NCBI GenBank assembly: GCA_035444565.1
Contig: DAOMOX010000005.1
Span: 5,045 to 69,044, forward strand
DNA: 64,000 nucleotides
From: Candidatus Dojkabacteria bacterium
Lineage (GTDB): Bacteria; Patescibacteriota; Dojkabacteria; B142; OLB20
Direction: 5' to 3'
Positions 21,034-30,637 of the stretch are shown in pieces (positions within the stretch are counted from its first letter, which is position 1; the number at the start of each line of letters is the position of its first letter). The translations under genes and the position numbers were made by a program. The notes below the pieces were generated by a model, which worked only from the letters and a program-made list of their open reading frames with translations, was not told the origin of the DNA and made no database searches.

Positions 21034-22167
21034 ATGTTAGGTCTCGCTGAAAATCCTTTCGCTACTGAACGACCCGAATTTGTTAAACCTTCTCCTGTCT
21101 TTAAAATCGTTACAAAAACTGACTTTCCCGAAGTTCTAAGTGATACCGACTCTTTAGAAAGGTTATATTTCGAACTTAAAGTTCCGAAAGGTTTTGTATT
21201 TAAGCCTAGACCTATTGATGGTTATACAAGAACGCTTTGTTTTCAAGGACCTGATGTGCAGAATTATTTCTTCGCAGGTTTTGGTTTTGGTATAGGTAAT
21301 ACAGAGGAAGGAGTTGAGGCAAATACATATTATTCAAAACCAGAATACGAAATTCCCTACGAAGAGCTTAATGCAATTCGACGAGTTCTTGAAGGCAGAG
21401 AAGGACTTGGGATTGGTCTCCAAATCGATAAACAAGGGAATGCCACACACCATACTTCACCTGACCTATTTGGAACTATAGGAAAAGACAGAGTTGAAGA
21501 AAAATTAAGAAAAACAGCAATAGCGAAAAGACTATTAGCTGGAAGTGGAGTAATTACACCAGAATTTATATTAACTCTCAGTACACTTGATCCAAGAAAA
21601 GCGGGTTATATATATCGGTTACCTGCGAACTTAGTATCCATTAATGAGGCCCCAAGTTTGGGTGAGGATTTATTGCTAAATTTCGTACAACAACTCGCTT
21701 TCACAATAAAAATTCTACATAAAAGAGACACTTTACATTTACAACTTCATGGTGGAAATTATCATTTGGCATTACAACCGAGTTCCGCTAAAGGTAAACC
21801 TGGAAGATTCTGTCTAACCGATTTTTCTACATTAACAGATATAAGCACGCTTTCTAATGTTGATATTGAGGGCCGTACATCTTTGTCCAAAAGAGAGTAT
21901 ATGAAGTTAGTTGATTTACATACAGCAGTAACTGGAGCATTGTACTCATTACCTTCAGTACTCACAGATAAAATACTATTAATGAAATTTTGGAACGCTC
22001 TCGCAAGTGGCTACAGCTCAGAGGAAATCACGATGAGCACACTAAGGCATTCTATAGCTGATACCAGATATAGGAACAAAGCCTATGGAACTAACTTCGT
22101 TGAAGATTTATCGACTAATATCGCAATGCAAATTATAAATGGAAATAAAAAAAAGAAGACTCACTAA
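21034..22167 (+). CDS. Protein-kinase-like fold protein (atypical catalytic loop)
   Basis: LA..I..LH....HLQLHGGN followed by LTDFS, matching the HxDxxxN and DFG positions. Confidence 0.55.
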   Translation: MLGLAENPFATERPEFVKPSPVFKIVTKTDFPEVLSDTDSLERLYFELKVPKGFVFKPRPIDGYTRTLCFQGPDVQNYFFAGFGFGIGNTEEGVEANTYYSKPEYEIPYEELNAIRRVLEGREGLGIGLQIDKQGNATHHTSPDLFGTIGKDRVEEKLRKTAIAKRLLAGSGVITPEFILTLSTLDPRKAGYIYRLPANLVSINEAPSLGEDLLLNFVQQLAFTIKILHKRDTLHLQLHGGNYHLALQPSSAKGKPGRFCLTDFSTLTDISTLSNVDIEGRTSLSKREYMKLVDLHTAVTGALYSLPSVLTDKILLMKFWNALASGYSSEEITMSTLRHSIADTRYRNKAYGTNFVEDLSTNIAMQIINGNKKKKTH

Positions 22168-22182
22168 ATCTAAGATTTTCTC

Positions 22183-23433
22183 TTACGAATAAACACCAAA
22201 ATCCTCAGGAAGATACTGTCTGAAATTTTCGGGAGTTATTTCAAATCGATTACCCTGCCCTTCAACCATTTTCTTTGCGATTTTTCGCACCAGAGTAGTG
22301 ATATTTCTCTCTAACTGTCTAATTCCCGCATCGAAACCTAGAGGGCGAATCAATAATGGCCAGACACTTTCACTGAAGACGATTACATTTGGGTCGATTC
22401 CAGTTGCTTCTATAACTTTTGGAAGTAGATAGTCCTTTGCAATGTGCATTTTTTCTTCATCGGTATAGCTAGACATACGGACAATCTCCAAACGATCAAG
22501 AAGTGCAGCACTAATTCCTCCAAGGTTATTGGCAGTACAAACAAACATCACCTTCGATAAATCAACCGGGTAATCAATATAATGATCTCGGAATGTTGCA
22601 TTTTGTTCTGGATCCAAAATTTCAAGTAAAGTTGCCATTACGTCCGCTCGCACACCACCAAAGTCACTAACTTTGTCAATTTCATCCATTAATATCAGTG
22701 GATTCATCACATCAGTCCTTATGAGAGATTTGACTATTTGTCCTGGTTCGGAATCAATCTCACTACGAGATCTACCTCTCAACTCAGAAACATGAGCTAT
22801 ACCTCCAAGTGAAATCCTCACGAATTGCCGTCCCATCGCAAGTGCGATAGACTTGGCAATAGAAGTTTTACCGATACCTTGCACTCCTACTAAACAAATA
22901 ATAGGTGCATGAGCCGAACTTCCTTCAAGTTTTACCATTTTCTCAATTTGCGTAGGTACTTGCTGGACTTGTTGATTGACAGGCATCGGAGTGGATGTTT
23001 GTGGAATTTGTTGTGGGACTTGATTCATTTGAACTTGTGGGTTATTTGCAACCATTGGAACACCACCACTTTGCTGAAGTCTTTGTAGATGCAAGATTGC
23101 AATATACTCCAAAATTCTCTCTTTTACTTGTTGTAAACCGAAATGAGTTTTATCTAGCTGATTTTTTGCGTTATTAAGGTCAAGATTATCCACTGAATAC
23201 TTTTCCCATGGTATCTGGCAGATCCAAGATACATATTTAGCGATTGGTTCGTATTCTCTAGAAAAATAGCCGTATTTAGCAACTCTACGAAGCCTTGAGA
23301 CCATCGTTTTGGTCTTTTCTAGAAGATCCTTCGGTAATTGTGCCTCTGAAAGCTCCTTCTCTAATTGTAGAATTTCTTCTACTTCTTCCGAAGCTAGATT
23401 GGCTGTATTGTTGGTGAGTTGTTTTTCGTCCAT
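22183..23433 (-). CDS. Lon-family AAA+ module without protease domain
   Basis: LD..HFGL..VKERILEY, GVQGIGKTS, ISLGG, LMDEIDK, LLEILDPEQN..F.DHY, LLDRLE, GIRQLER. Ends before any Ser-Lys protease domain. Confidence 0.88.
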   Translation of the reverse strand: MDEKQLTNNTANLASEEVEEILQLEKELSEAQLPKDLLEKTKTMVSRLRRVAKYGYFSREYEPIAKYVSWICQIPWEKYSVDNLDLNNAKNQLDKTHFGLQQVKERILEYIAILHLQRLQQSGGVPMVANNPQVQMNQVPQQIPQTSTPMPVNQQVQQVPTQIEKMVKLEGSSAHAPIICLVGVQGIGKTSIAKSIALAMGRQFVRISLGGIAHVSELRGRSRSEIDSEPGQIVKSLIRTDVMNPLILMDEIDKVSDFGGVRADVMATLLEILDPEQNATFRDHYIDYPVDLSKVMFVCTANNLGGISAALLDRLEIVRMSSYTDEEKMHIAKDYLLPKVIEATGIDPNVIVFSESVWPLLIRPLGFDAGIRQLERNITTLVRKIAKKMVEGQGNRFEITPENFRQYLPEDFGVYS

Positions 23434-23511
23434 AGAATTTGTAACTTCAGTATAAAGCTAATCCTAATGGAACTCAACTTCCGGATGTATTGTGACAGAG
23501 AACCAAGATTA

Positions 23512-24174
23512 TTATTCCTCTTTTGTCTCCTTGGTCTCTTCAGAACCTTTTTCTTTGGATTCCTCACCTTCAGTTTCCTCGTCTTCTTCTACGACTTCTT
23601 CTGGTGTCTCTTCCTCGATTGTTTTCTGAGGAGCTGCTATGTAAGCTACTGGAGAGTCTGATGCTACATCATTTGCGATTTCAACACCCTCTGGTAATTT
23701 GATATCAGCTACTGTTACAGAATCACCGATTTCGTTAAAGCCATCAATACTGACTTCCAAAGAAGCTGGTAAGTCGCTAGGTAAACAAGTTACTGACACA
23801 GACTGTAATGGATGTACCAAAAGTCCGATATTATTTTTAACTGCGAATGATTCTCCAACAAATGTAAGTGGGATTTCTGCTGTAATCTCTTTTTTCATAT
23901 TCACCTGATACAAATCGATGTGTGTAAACTCGTCTGTCAAAGTGTTTGCTTGCAAATCTTTAACCAAAACTTTCACTTTATCTCCTTCTAAATCTAGATC
24001 GAACAACTTTGAGTATCCAACATCCTTGAAAAGCTTTTTGAATTCAAGCGGGTCAATAGTAATATTTGTAGATTCTCTATTTGGTCCATAAAGAACTGCA
24101 GGTAATTTTTTTGCTCGTCTGAGTTGACTAACTTTTTTGCCTGTAATTTCGCGCTTTGTAGCTTTGAGTAACAT
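23512..24174 (-). CDS. rplY: 50S ribosomal protein L25/Ctc
   Basis: R...GK....LRR...LPAVLYG, HIDLY, C-terminal Ctc domain and acidic tail. Confidence 0.95.
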   Translation of the reverse strand: MLLKATKREITGKKVSQLRRAKKLPAVLYGPNRESTNITIDPLEFKKLFKDVGYSKLFDLDLEGDKVKVLVKDLQANTLTDEFTHIDLYQVNMKKEITAEIPLTFVGESFAVKNNIGLLVHPLQSVSVTCLPSDLPASLEVSIDGFNEIGDSVTVADIKLPEGVEIANDVASDSPVAYIAAPQKTIEEETPEEVVEEDEETEGEESKEKGSEETKETKEE

Positions 24175-24191
24175 AGTATTTATTTAATAGA

Positions 24192-24698
24192 TTATTTAGA
24201 TTTTGGGGATATTACTACCCTTCTGTTTTCACCCTCTCCAGCACTAGAAGTGAATATCCCTTTTGTTTCTTTGAGTGCCATATGCACGATTCTTCGTTCG
24301 GATGGTTTCATTGGTGACAATTCCATAGGTTGTCCTGAATTCAATACTTCATCAACAGCTCTCAAAGCATACGATACAAGGTAATCAGCTCTTTGTTTAC
24401 GGTAGTCATTAATATCTAATATTATTCTATATTTCTCAGTAACATCTTCTTTTGAAAGAGTTTTTGTGAGAATCAATCCAAGAATTGTTTGAATGGAATC
24501 TAACATATTACCTCTAAATCCAATCAATTCTCCAAGGTTTTCTCCTGTCAAAGTCACATTTAGGTAACTGAAATCCCCACTCTCTGTAGTGTTAACAGGA
24601 TCTCCAATAGTTATCTCGGCATCAAGACCTAATTGAGTAAGGAAATCTTGAATTAGCGATTCTGTTATTTTTTTAAGGTCATTTTCTTTTTTTGCCAT
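24192..24698 (-). CDS. jag: Jag/EloR (KhpB) RNA-binding protein (KH + R3H)
   Basis: LIGFRG..L.SIQ, LDIN.YR..R, L.PM...ERRIVH, S.GEG..R.VVI; downstream of yidC. Confidence 0.9.
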   Translation of the reverse strand: MAKKENDLKKITESLIQDFLTQLGLDAEITIGDPVNTTESGDFSYLNVTLTGENLGELIGFRGNMLDSIQTILGLILTKTLSKEDVTEKYRIILDINDYRKQRADYLVSYALRAVDEVLNSGQPMELSPMKPSERRIVHMALKETKGIFTSSAGEGENRRVVISPKSK

Positions 24699-26004
24699 TT
24701 GATGTGTTGTCTTTTGTTTTATTAATTTTATCTAGAAATTTAGTTTTATATTCTAGAAAACTTTGTTTTGTCTTTTCTTTATTAGTTATTAACTCTTGGA
24801 TTATAACAAAGCTATTCTGTCCAGTCCAGAAAAGGCTTACTCCCGTGGGGAAAAACGCTCCAAAAAATCCCAAAGACCACACAATAGTAATCAATGGGAA
24901 AATATAAGTCATCTGCTTAGAGGATTGGGCTAGAATTTCTCCAAAATCCATATCATCTTCTTTTTTATCTTTGTTCTTTGATGACTTTGACTTAGAATCT
25001 TTCTTCTCTGTTTTTTCTTTCTTCGCTTCAGCCATCATTGGGTTCATACCCATTTGTACTTTTGATGCAAAGATTTGAGTGATACCAACAGAAATTGCAA
25101 TTAATACATATGGTGTAACCGTAGAAATATCAGAGAAACCGAAATCGGTAGCAACTTTAGACAAATCCGCTCCTAGAAATGAGAAATTAAGTGGCTCGCC
25201 TTTTGATATTTCTAGCGAATCGACTTCAATTTTCCGACCATTTAGAGCAACTTCACTCTTGTCATAATTGATTTTGGTATTAGACGGTGGACGTATGTAG
25301 GCACTAATTTTATCTAAGTCTTCTAATATTATAGGATTGTCGTTTTTGAATTCAGAAAATTCTTCAACGTAGAGCGAGATACTTGAGGTTCTCTCCTCTG
25401 AATCGTTCTCAGCTTTTTCTTCTTCACTGATTTCTCCTCTTTTCTCGTCTAATTGTTTTGTTAATTCATCTCTATTTTCATCATCAACTAGTGCGAAGTG
25501 ATACGTCTTGTTTAACTCGTAACCATTCGAAACAACTTTGTAGTCAAGTGTGTACACACCAGATTCAAGTTCTGCAGTGTCATATTTTATTGAATCTTCT
25601 GGAAGTTTCTGGCTTTCGCTATAAGCAACAGTATTAAATGCGTGTACTCCTTGATCGACAAGATTGATAATGACGTTTCTAACTTGAATTAAAAGAATCA
25701 GTGCCAAAATCATATTCAAACAGCCACCCAGTTGACCTGGTAGATATTTTGCTTGTACTTTTGCTAATTCCTGTGCTTGTTTTTCTTGGTTTTTCTTGTA
25801 TTTCTTTTTGATTGCTTCAACTTCTTTCTGGAAGACCTTATTCTTCTCAGCATTTTTCATTTGTCTACGTGTCAGTGGCAATGTTATCAATCTAGAAACG
25901 ACAGCCAAAAGGAGTATAGCAACACCCAAGTTTCCTACGATGTCATAGAAAAACATCAATAGATTAAATGTAGGCTCGTAGAATATAGTTCGTATTATTT
26001 CCAT
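24679..26004 (-). CDS. yidC: Membrane protein insertase YidC/Oxa1 with a large inserted soluble domain
   Basis: LGVAILLL...RL..LPL, GGCL, FLG.DL, M.Y.FP, P.GVSLFW...N...I.Q. Confidence 0.9.
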   Translation of the reverse strand: MEIIRTIFYEPTFNLLMFFYDIVGNLGVAILLLAVVSRLITLPLTRRQMKNAEKNKVFQKEVEAIKKKYKKNQEKQAQELAKVQAKYLPGQLGGCLNMILALILLIQVRNVIINLVDQGVHAFNTVAYSESQKLPEDSIKYDTAELESGVYTLDYKVVSNGYELNKTYHFALVDDENRDELTKQLDEKRGEISEEEKAENDSEERTSSISLYVEEFSEFKNDNPIILEDLDKISAYIRPPSNTKINYDKSEVALNGRKIEVDSLEISKGEPLNFSFLGADLSKVATDFGFSDISTVTPYVLIAISVGITQIFASKVQMGMNPMMAEAKKEKTEKKDSKSKSSKNKDKKEDDMDFGEILAQSSKQMTYIFPLITIVWSLGFFGAFFPTGVSLFWTGQNSFVIIQELITNKEKTKQSFLEYKTKFLDKINKTKDNTSNGKKRK

Positions 26005-26015
26005 AGTGAGAATGT

Positions 26016-26378
26016 TTAAGTAAGTTGCGATTCTTTGGCGATGGCGTCTTTTGCAAGTCTAAGCACTTCGTCAAAATTCTTTTGTTGAAGATGATTGTCA
26101 ATTTTTGAATTGATTTCTTCTCTAAACTTTTTTTCATAATCGACCATTACAGGAACGATTACTTGTCCGAGTTCTTCGAAATGATCGTCTAGTTTGGGAA
26201 GTATTTGAATCAATTCTTCAAAAGTATAACTACCGGAGAGCTTATCCAAAATCATTTTAGCGATTTCTTTTGCTCTATCAGGCGACATCTGTCCTGTTTC
26301 TAATTTTTTTGTGATTAATTCAACGATTTTTGCTTGAACTTCAGATTTGAGTTCTTCTGGGTTTGTATTGTCTATCAT
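26016..26378 (-). CDS. Hypothetical helical protein
   Basis: Clean 120-aa ORF, 11 bp upstream of yidC on the same strand. Confidence 0.7.
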   Translation of the reverse strand: MIDNTNPEELKSEVQAKIVELITKKLETGQMSPDRAKEIAKMILDKLSGSYTFEELIQILPKLDDHFEELGQVIVPVMVDYEKKFREEINSKIDNHLQQKNFDEVLRLAKDAIAKESQLT

Positions 26379-26423
26379 TATTATTATGCTAACTCAAGAT
26401 TATAACAGATATACAAGTTTTTC

Positions 26424-27356
26424 TCAGCTTTTCAGCGCATCTTGGATATAACCTACCAACCTAACCTTATCTAGTTCACCTTCAATGTTAAATCCACACG
26501 CCCCTTTGTGACCACCCGCAGTATTGGGACTCATTTTCTTGGCAATTTCTAATAGATTTATATCGTTTTTTCCAGGGTAAAAATTATTTCTATATAATCG
26601 AATTTTACTCCAACCTTCACGTTCGTGAGGTTTCTCGACGACAATTACCTTTGAATCTGTAAACTCAGCAGTGTAAACGTAGCTAGTCATCTTTTCCTCT
26701 AATTTATAATTATTCAAACTCACGAAAACGGTATCTTTTACTTTTTCACTGTTTTGCCTAACGAATTCAGACATTTTCCCTCTCAGTGCCAAATATCTAT
26801 CAATTCTTTCTTTTATGAAAGGATGCTCACAGACTTTTCCCAAACTCATTCGAGATAATAATTCGATGAGTAATAAATTAAAATACTTTTGATCGCGACT
26901 GATTACTAATGCTAATTTGTAAGTATCGTTTGGATTTAGAAAATCCTCGAGAGAGATATTTCCAGAATCAAATTTATTAATATCGTCAATTAGTGGCTCA
27001 AAGTCTGAAAAATCAGCGACGTCTCGAAAATACGAATACACAACTTGTGCAGCACTATCTTCTGGCATCCACTCACCTATAAAAGAAGATGTCGGGCGAT
27101 TACTCTCATGATGATCAAAGAAATAACCACACAAAGGAGAATATCTCAAATCTGCCATCAATGTCTTATCAGTTATTAAATGGTCAATTTTCCCCTCTTG
27201 AATTTCGGAGGCTTTACTCTGGATAATTTCTACCTTTGGAAAGACTTTTCTCAATAATGCACCACAAATAACACCATCAAAATCACTATCAACTATTATT
27301 CTTTCAACAATGTAATTCTCAACAAAGAATTTACCTTGGGATTTTGTTTGTTTCAT
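26424..27356 (-). CDS. DHH-family phosphoesterase
   Basis: DSDFDG, ADL, FDHH, SAA and GGHKGACG (DHHA1). Confidence 0.88.
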   Translation of the reverse strand: MKQTKSQGKFFVENYIVERIIVDSDFDGVICGALLRKVFPKVEIIQSKASEIQEGKIDHLITDKTLMADLRYSPLCGYFFDHHESNRPTSSFIGEWMPEDSAAQVVYSYFRDVADFSDFEPLIDDINKFDSGNISLEDFLNPNDTYKLALVISRDQKYFNLLLIELLSRMSLGKVCEHPFIKERIDRYLALRGKMSEFVRQNSEKVKDTVFVSLNNYKLEEKMTSYVYTAEFTDSKVIVVEKPHEREGWSKIRLYRNNFYPGKNDINLLEIAKKMSPNTAGGHKGACGFNIEGELDKVRLVGYIQDALKS

Positions 27357-27426
27357 CTATGTTTCTAACAGATTTTGTATTATATTCTCATCTGTAACAA
27401 CTGTAAAGAAAAACCCGTGCAGTTAA

Positions 27427-28179
27427 TTATTCCTCTTCCTCACCAGGGAGAGCTTGTCTGAATTTTATTGACTCAATCACATTCATGACATCCTCTTCCA
27501 TTGAATCTGCAGTCTGACCACCCCATAGGATAATGTATTCTCCTCTGAATCCGGTATAAAAAACTTGTTTGGTCATTCCTAGTTTAGCCTTATAAATTTC
27601 AGTAATTACTGCTGGTCTATAATCAACTTGATAATCTTCCCGACTATAGAGAAAGTCTCGAATAGGTGAATATCGATTCACTTCTTTATCAATTCTTTCT
27701 AGATAATCTTCATAGGTTGTAGGTTTTTCTGGGGCAAAAGGAGAATCGTTGAGAAAAGGTAAGATGGCAATTAGTGTGCCGGTATAATCCGTCAAATTCC
27801 AAAATCCTTCCATTTCTTCAGTACTTAGAATTCCACATGTACCCAAATACCCCTTTGTCGATGAAATCCATTGAGAACCTGCTAGGAGCTCAATCTCGCA
27901 ATCAGGAAAAATATATTTCTGCGAACTTATTACTGAACTAGTTGGGCTAGGAGTATTATTTCCTTCGCTAATTGTTGGTGAGACTTCAAGCATAATCGTG
28001 GATGTTGGAATAACAGTCGGTCGGACAACCGCTTGATTGTCATCCTCCATCAAAGATAATGCATAGTAAACCAAAGCTATGACTATCAATAATAATAAAA
28101 ATAAAATTGCTAAATATTTTTTAATTGGGCTTTTCTTGCCCACAACGATTATTTTTTTATCATTTGGATTATCTTGCAT
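27427..28179 (-). CDS. Hypothetical single-pass membrane protein
   Basis: N-terminal TM, P/T/S linker, globular extracellular domain. Confidence 0.7.
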   Translation of the reverse strand: MQDNPNDKKIIVVGKKSPIKKYLAILFLLLLIVIALVYYALSLMEDDNQAVVRPTVIPTSTIMLEVSPTISEGNNTPSPTSSVISSQKYIFPDCEIELLAGSQWISSTKGYLGTCGILSTEEMEGFWNLTDYTGTLIAILPFLNDSPFAPEKPTTYEDYLERIDKEVNRYSPIRDFLYSREDYQVDYRPAVITEIYKAKLGMTKQVFYTGFRGEYIILWGGQTADSMEEDVMNVIESIKFRQALPGEEEE

Positions 28180-28218
28180 TATATTTAAGTATCAAAACTA
28201 AAGAAGAGCTATATTGAT

Positions 28219-28247
28219 TTGAAACATAGCGTTTTTTACTCTAAACT
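28219..28247 (+). promoter_or_regulatory. Putative sigma70 promoter for xfp-ackA
   Basis: TTGAAA-17 nt-TAAACT, about 30 nt upstream of the TTG start. Confidence 0.5.
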
Positions 28248-28279
28248 ATAGTAACATTTTAAATCATTCACTGCCCAAA

Positions 28280-30637
28280 TTGAACAACGATCAAATCATC
28301 ACTGAATCCCTTTTGGTTGCAATCTCCAAATATATGCGACTTGTAAACTACATTGGAGCAGCTCAACTTTATCTCAAAGACAACTTCCTATTTGACCGTC
28401 CACTAGAAAAATCTGACATAAAAGAAAGAGTATTGGGTCATTGGGGTACAGTTCCCGGAATCAACTTTATATATGCAAATCTTAATATTCTTGCGAAAAG
28501 ACACAAACAAGAATTTATGTTAATTGCAGGACCAGGACATGGCTACCCTGCTCTTCTAGCGAATCTTTATGTAGAGGGTACTCTTGGGAAATTTTATCCC
28601 AAATATAACTACTCGAAAGAAGGTTTTTCTAGCCTAATTAAGAACTTCAGTTGGCCAGGAGGTTTTCCAAGTCATGCAAATCCCGAAACACCAGGTGTCA
28701 TCCTAGAAGGTGGTGAACTTGGATATTCACTCTCAAGTGCTTTTGGAGCATGTTTTGATAACCCAAATTTGATGGTCGCATGTATAGTGGGTGATGGCGA
28801 AGCTGAATCAGGTCCACTTAGCGCAGCCTGGCAAAGTGCAAAGTTCTTAAATCCCGCTGAAGACGGTGCTGTTTTACCAATCGTCCACGTCAACAAGTAC
28901 AAAATTTCTGGTCCCACAATTTTTGGAACCATGTCCAACGAGGAACTTTATGACTATTTCAAAGGCCAAGGTTACTTACCACTAATTGTCTCAGGAGATT
29001 ATCTGTACGAAGATATGTTAAATGCTATGGAAGAGGCATATCAACAAATTAAAAATATCCAGAGTAACCCGAATCAATCAAAACCGAGATGGCCAGTAGT
29101 CGTGTTAGTTAGCAAAAAAGGCTGGACGGGACCCGAAATCGTGAAAGGAAAGATGAACGAAGATTCATTTAGATCACATGGTGTTCCATTAGAGCACATT
29201 CATGAAGATAATAGTGAATTTTTGGAATTGTCAGAATGGTTGGAAAGCTACAATGTTTCAGAATTATTAGATGAAAATTATCGACCTATCCCCGAGATTA
29301 TGGATTTAATTCCTGATAACAAATATAAAATTGGTATGAATAAGAATTCAAACGGAGGAGAAGTTAGTAAAAAGTTAATTCTCCCGAATCTTGGATCCTT
29401 AAAGGTTCAGGAAGATTCACTTCTTTCCTCTACACGGGTTAGCAATATGATGGTACTTTCGGACTACTTGAGAGATGTTATCGTAAAAAATCCTGACAAT
29501 TTCAGAGTGATGTCACCTGATGAAACAGAATCAAATAAATTGGGCTCACTTTTCGAAGTCACAACTCGAAGGTACAATTGGCCAGTTCCGAAAGGCTCCG
29601 AGAATCTTTCGCCAAACGGACGAGTTATGGAGATTTTAAGTGAACATACGTTACAAGGATGGCTCGAAGGATATACACTAACTGGAAGGCACGGAGTCTT
29701 CATCACATACGAAGCATTTGGAATGATTGTGGCGAGTATGATTGACCAATACACCAAGTTTCTTAAACAAGCAAAAGCTGTAGAATGGAGGAAACCAGTT
29801 CCTTCCTTAAATATCGTTTTAACAAGTAGTAGTTGGAGGCAGGACCATAATGGATATTCCCATCAAAACCCGGGTTTGATTACATCGGTATTAAATGACT
29901 ATTCTAATTTTGTACGAGTACACTTCCCAGTCGATGCAAATATGCTCCTTGCAACTGCAGAGGAAGCATTTTCGACAACAAATGTTGTAAATCTAATAAT
30001 TGCAGCGAAGCGAGAACTTCCTCAATATCTATCTATCGAAGATGCAAGACAACAAATGACTACAGGAATGCACGCATGGGACTTCATAGGGAACAATAAT
30101 GACAATCCAGATGTAGTTTTCACTGCGACTGGAGATTATCCAACAAAAGAAGTGATTGCAACCATCCAAATATTAAAAGAGGATTTGCCAGAATTAAATA
30201 CAAGGTTTGTAAGTGTTTCCGAGATTACTTGTTTTGGTATTGGCGATCACCCTGTGATCAGTAAGATTAACGAAGAACAGTTCGACGAAGTATTTACTAA
30301 TAGTGCGCCTATTATCTATTCTTATCACGGCTATCCAGAAGATATTAAACAACTGATTTTTAACCATCCTTCAAGTAGAAGATTTTTCATAAGAGGTTAT
30401 AGCGAAAAAGGCACAACCACTACCCCATTTGATATGCTTGTTCAGAACAATTGCAGTCGTTTCCAAATGGCGATTGATGCAATAGAAAAAGCTATTACAA
30501 ACAAACCAGAATTGAAAGAAAAAGGAACTGAAGTTATTAACAAATACAAACAATTGCTAGACAAACACCGAGCTTATACAAAAGAACAGGGTGAAGATAT
30601 TCCCGAAGTTACAAATTTCGTTTTTAAATTCCGATAA
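28280..30637 (+). CDS. xfp: Xylulose-5-P/fructose-6-P phosphoketolase
   Basis: GHWGT.PG, GPGHG, EGGELGY, GDGEAE, PDET.SN, LSEH, QDHNGYSHQ. Confidence 0.97.
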   Translation: MNNDQIITESLLVAISKYMRLVNYIGAAQLYLKDNFLFDRPLEKSDIKERVLGHWGTVPGINFIYANLNILAKRHKQEFMLIAGPGHGYPALLANLYVEGTLGKFYPKYNYSKEGFSSLIKNFSWPGGFPSHANPETPGVILEGGELGYSLSSAFGACFDNPNLMVACIVGDGEAESGPLSAAWQSAKFLNPAEDGAVLPIVHVNKYKISGPTIFGTMSNEELYDYFKGQGYLPLIVSGDYLYEDMLNAMEEAYQQIKNIQSNPNQSKPRWPVVVLVSKKGWTGPEIVKGKMNEDSFRSHGVPLEHIHEDNSEFLELSEWLESYNVSELLDENYRPIPEIMDLIPDNKYKIGMNKNSNGGEVSKKLILPNLGSLKVQEDSLLSSTRVSNMMVLSDYLRDVIVKNPDNFRVMSPDETESNKLGSLFEVTTRRYNWPVPKGSENLSPNGRVMEILSEHTLQGWLEGYTLTGRHGVFITYEAFGMIVASMIDQYTKFLKQAKAVEWRKPVPSLNIVLTSSSWRQDHNGYSHQNPGLITSVLNDYSNFVRVHFPVDANMLLATAEEAFSTTNVVNLIIAAKRELPQYLSIEDARQQMTTGMHAWDFIGNNNDNPDVVFTATGDYPTKEVIATIQILKEDLPELNTRFVSVSEITCFGIGDHPVISKINEEQFDEVFTNSAPIIYSYHGYPEDIKQLIFNHPSSRRFFIRGYSEKGTTTTPFDMLVQNNCSRFQMAIDAIEKAITNKPELKEKGTEVINKYKQLLDKHRAYTKEQGEDIPEVTNFVFKFR

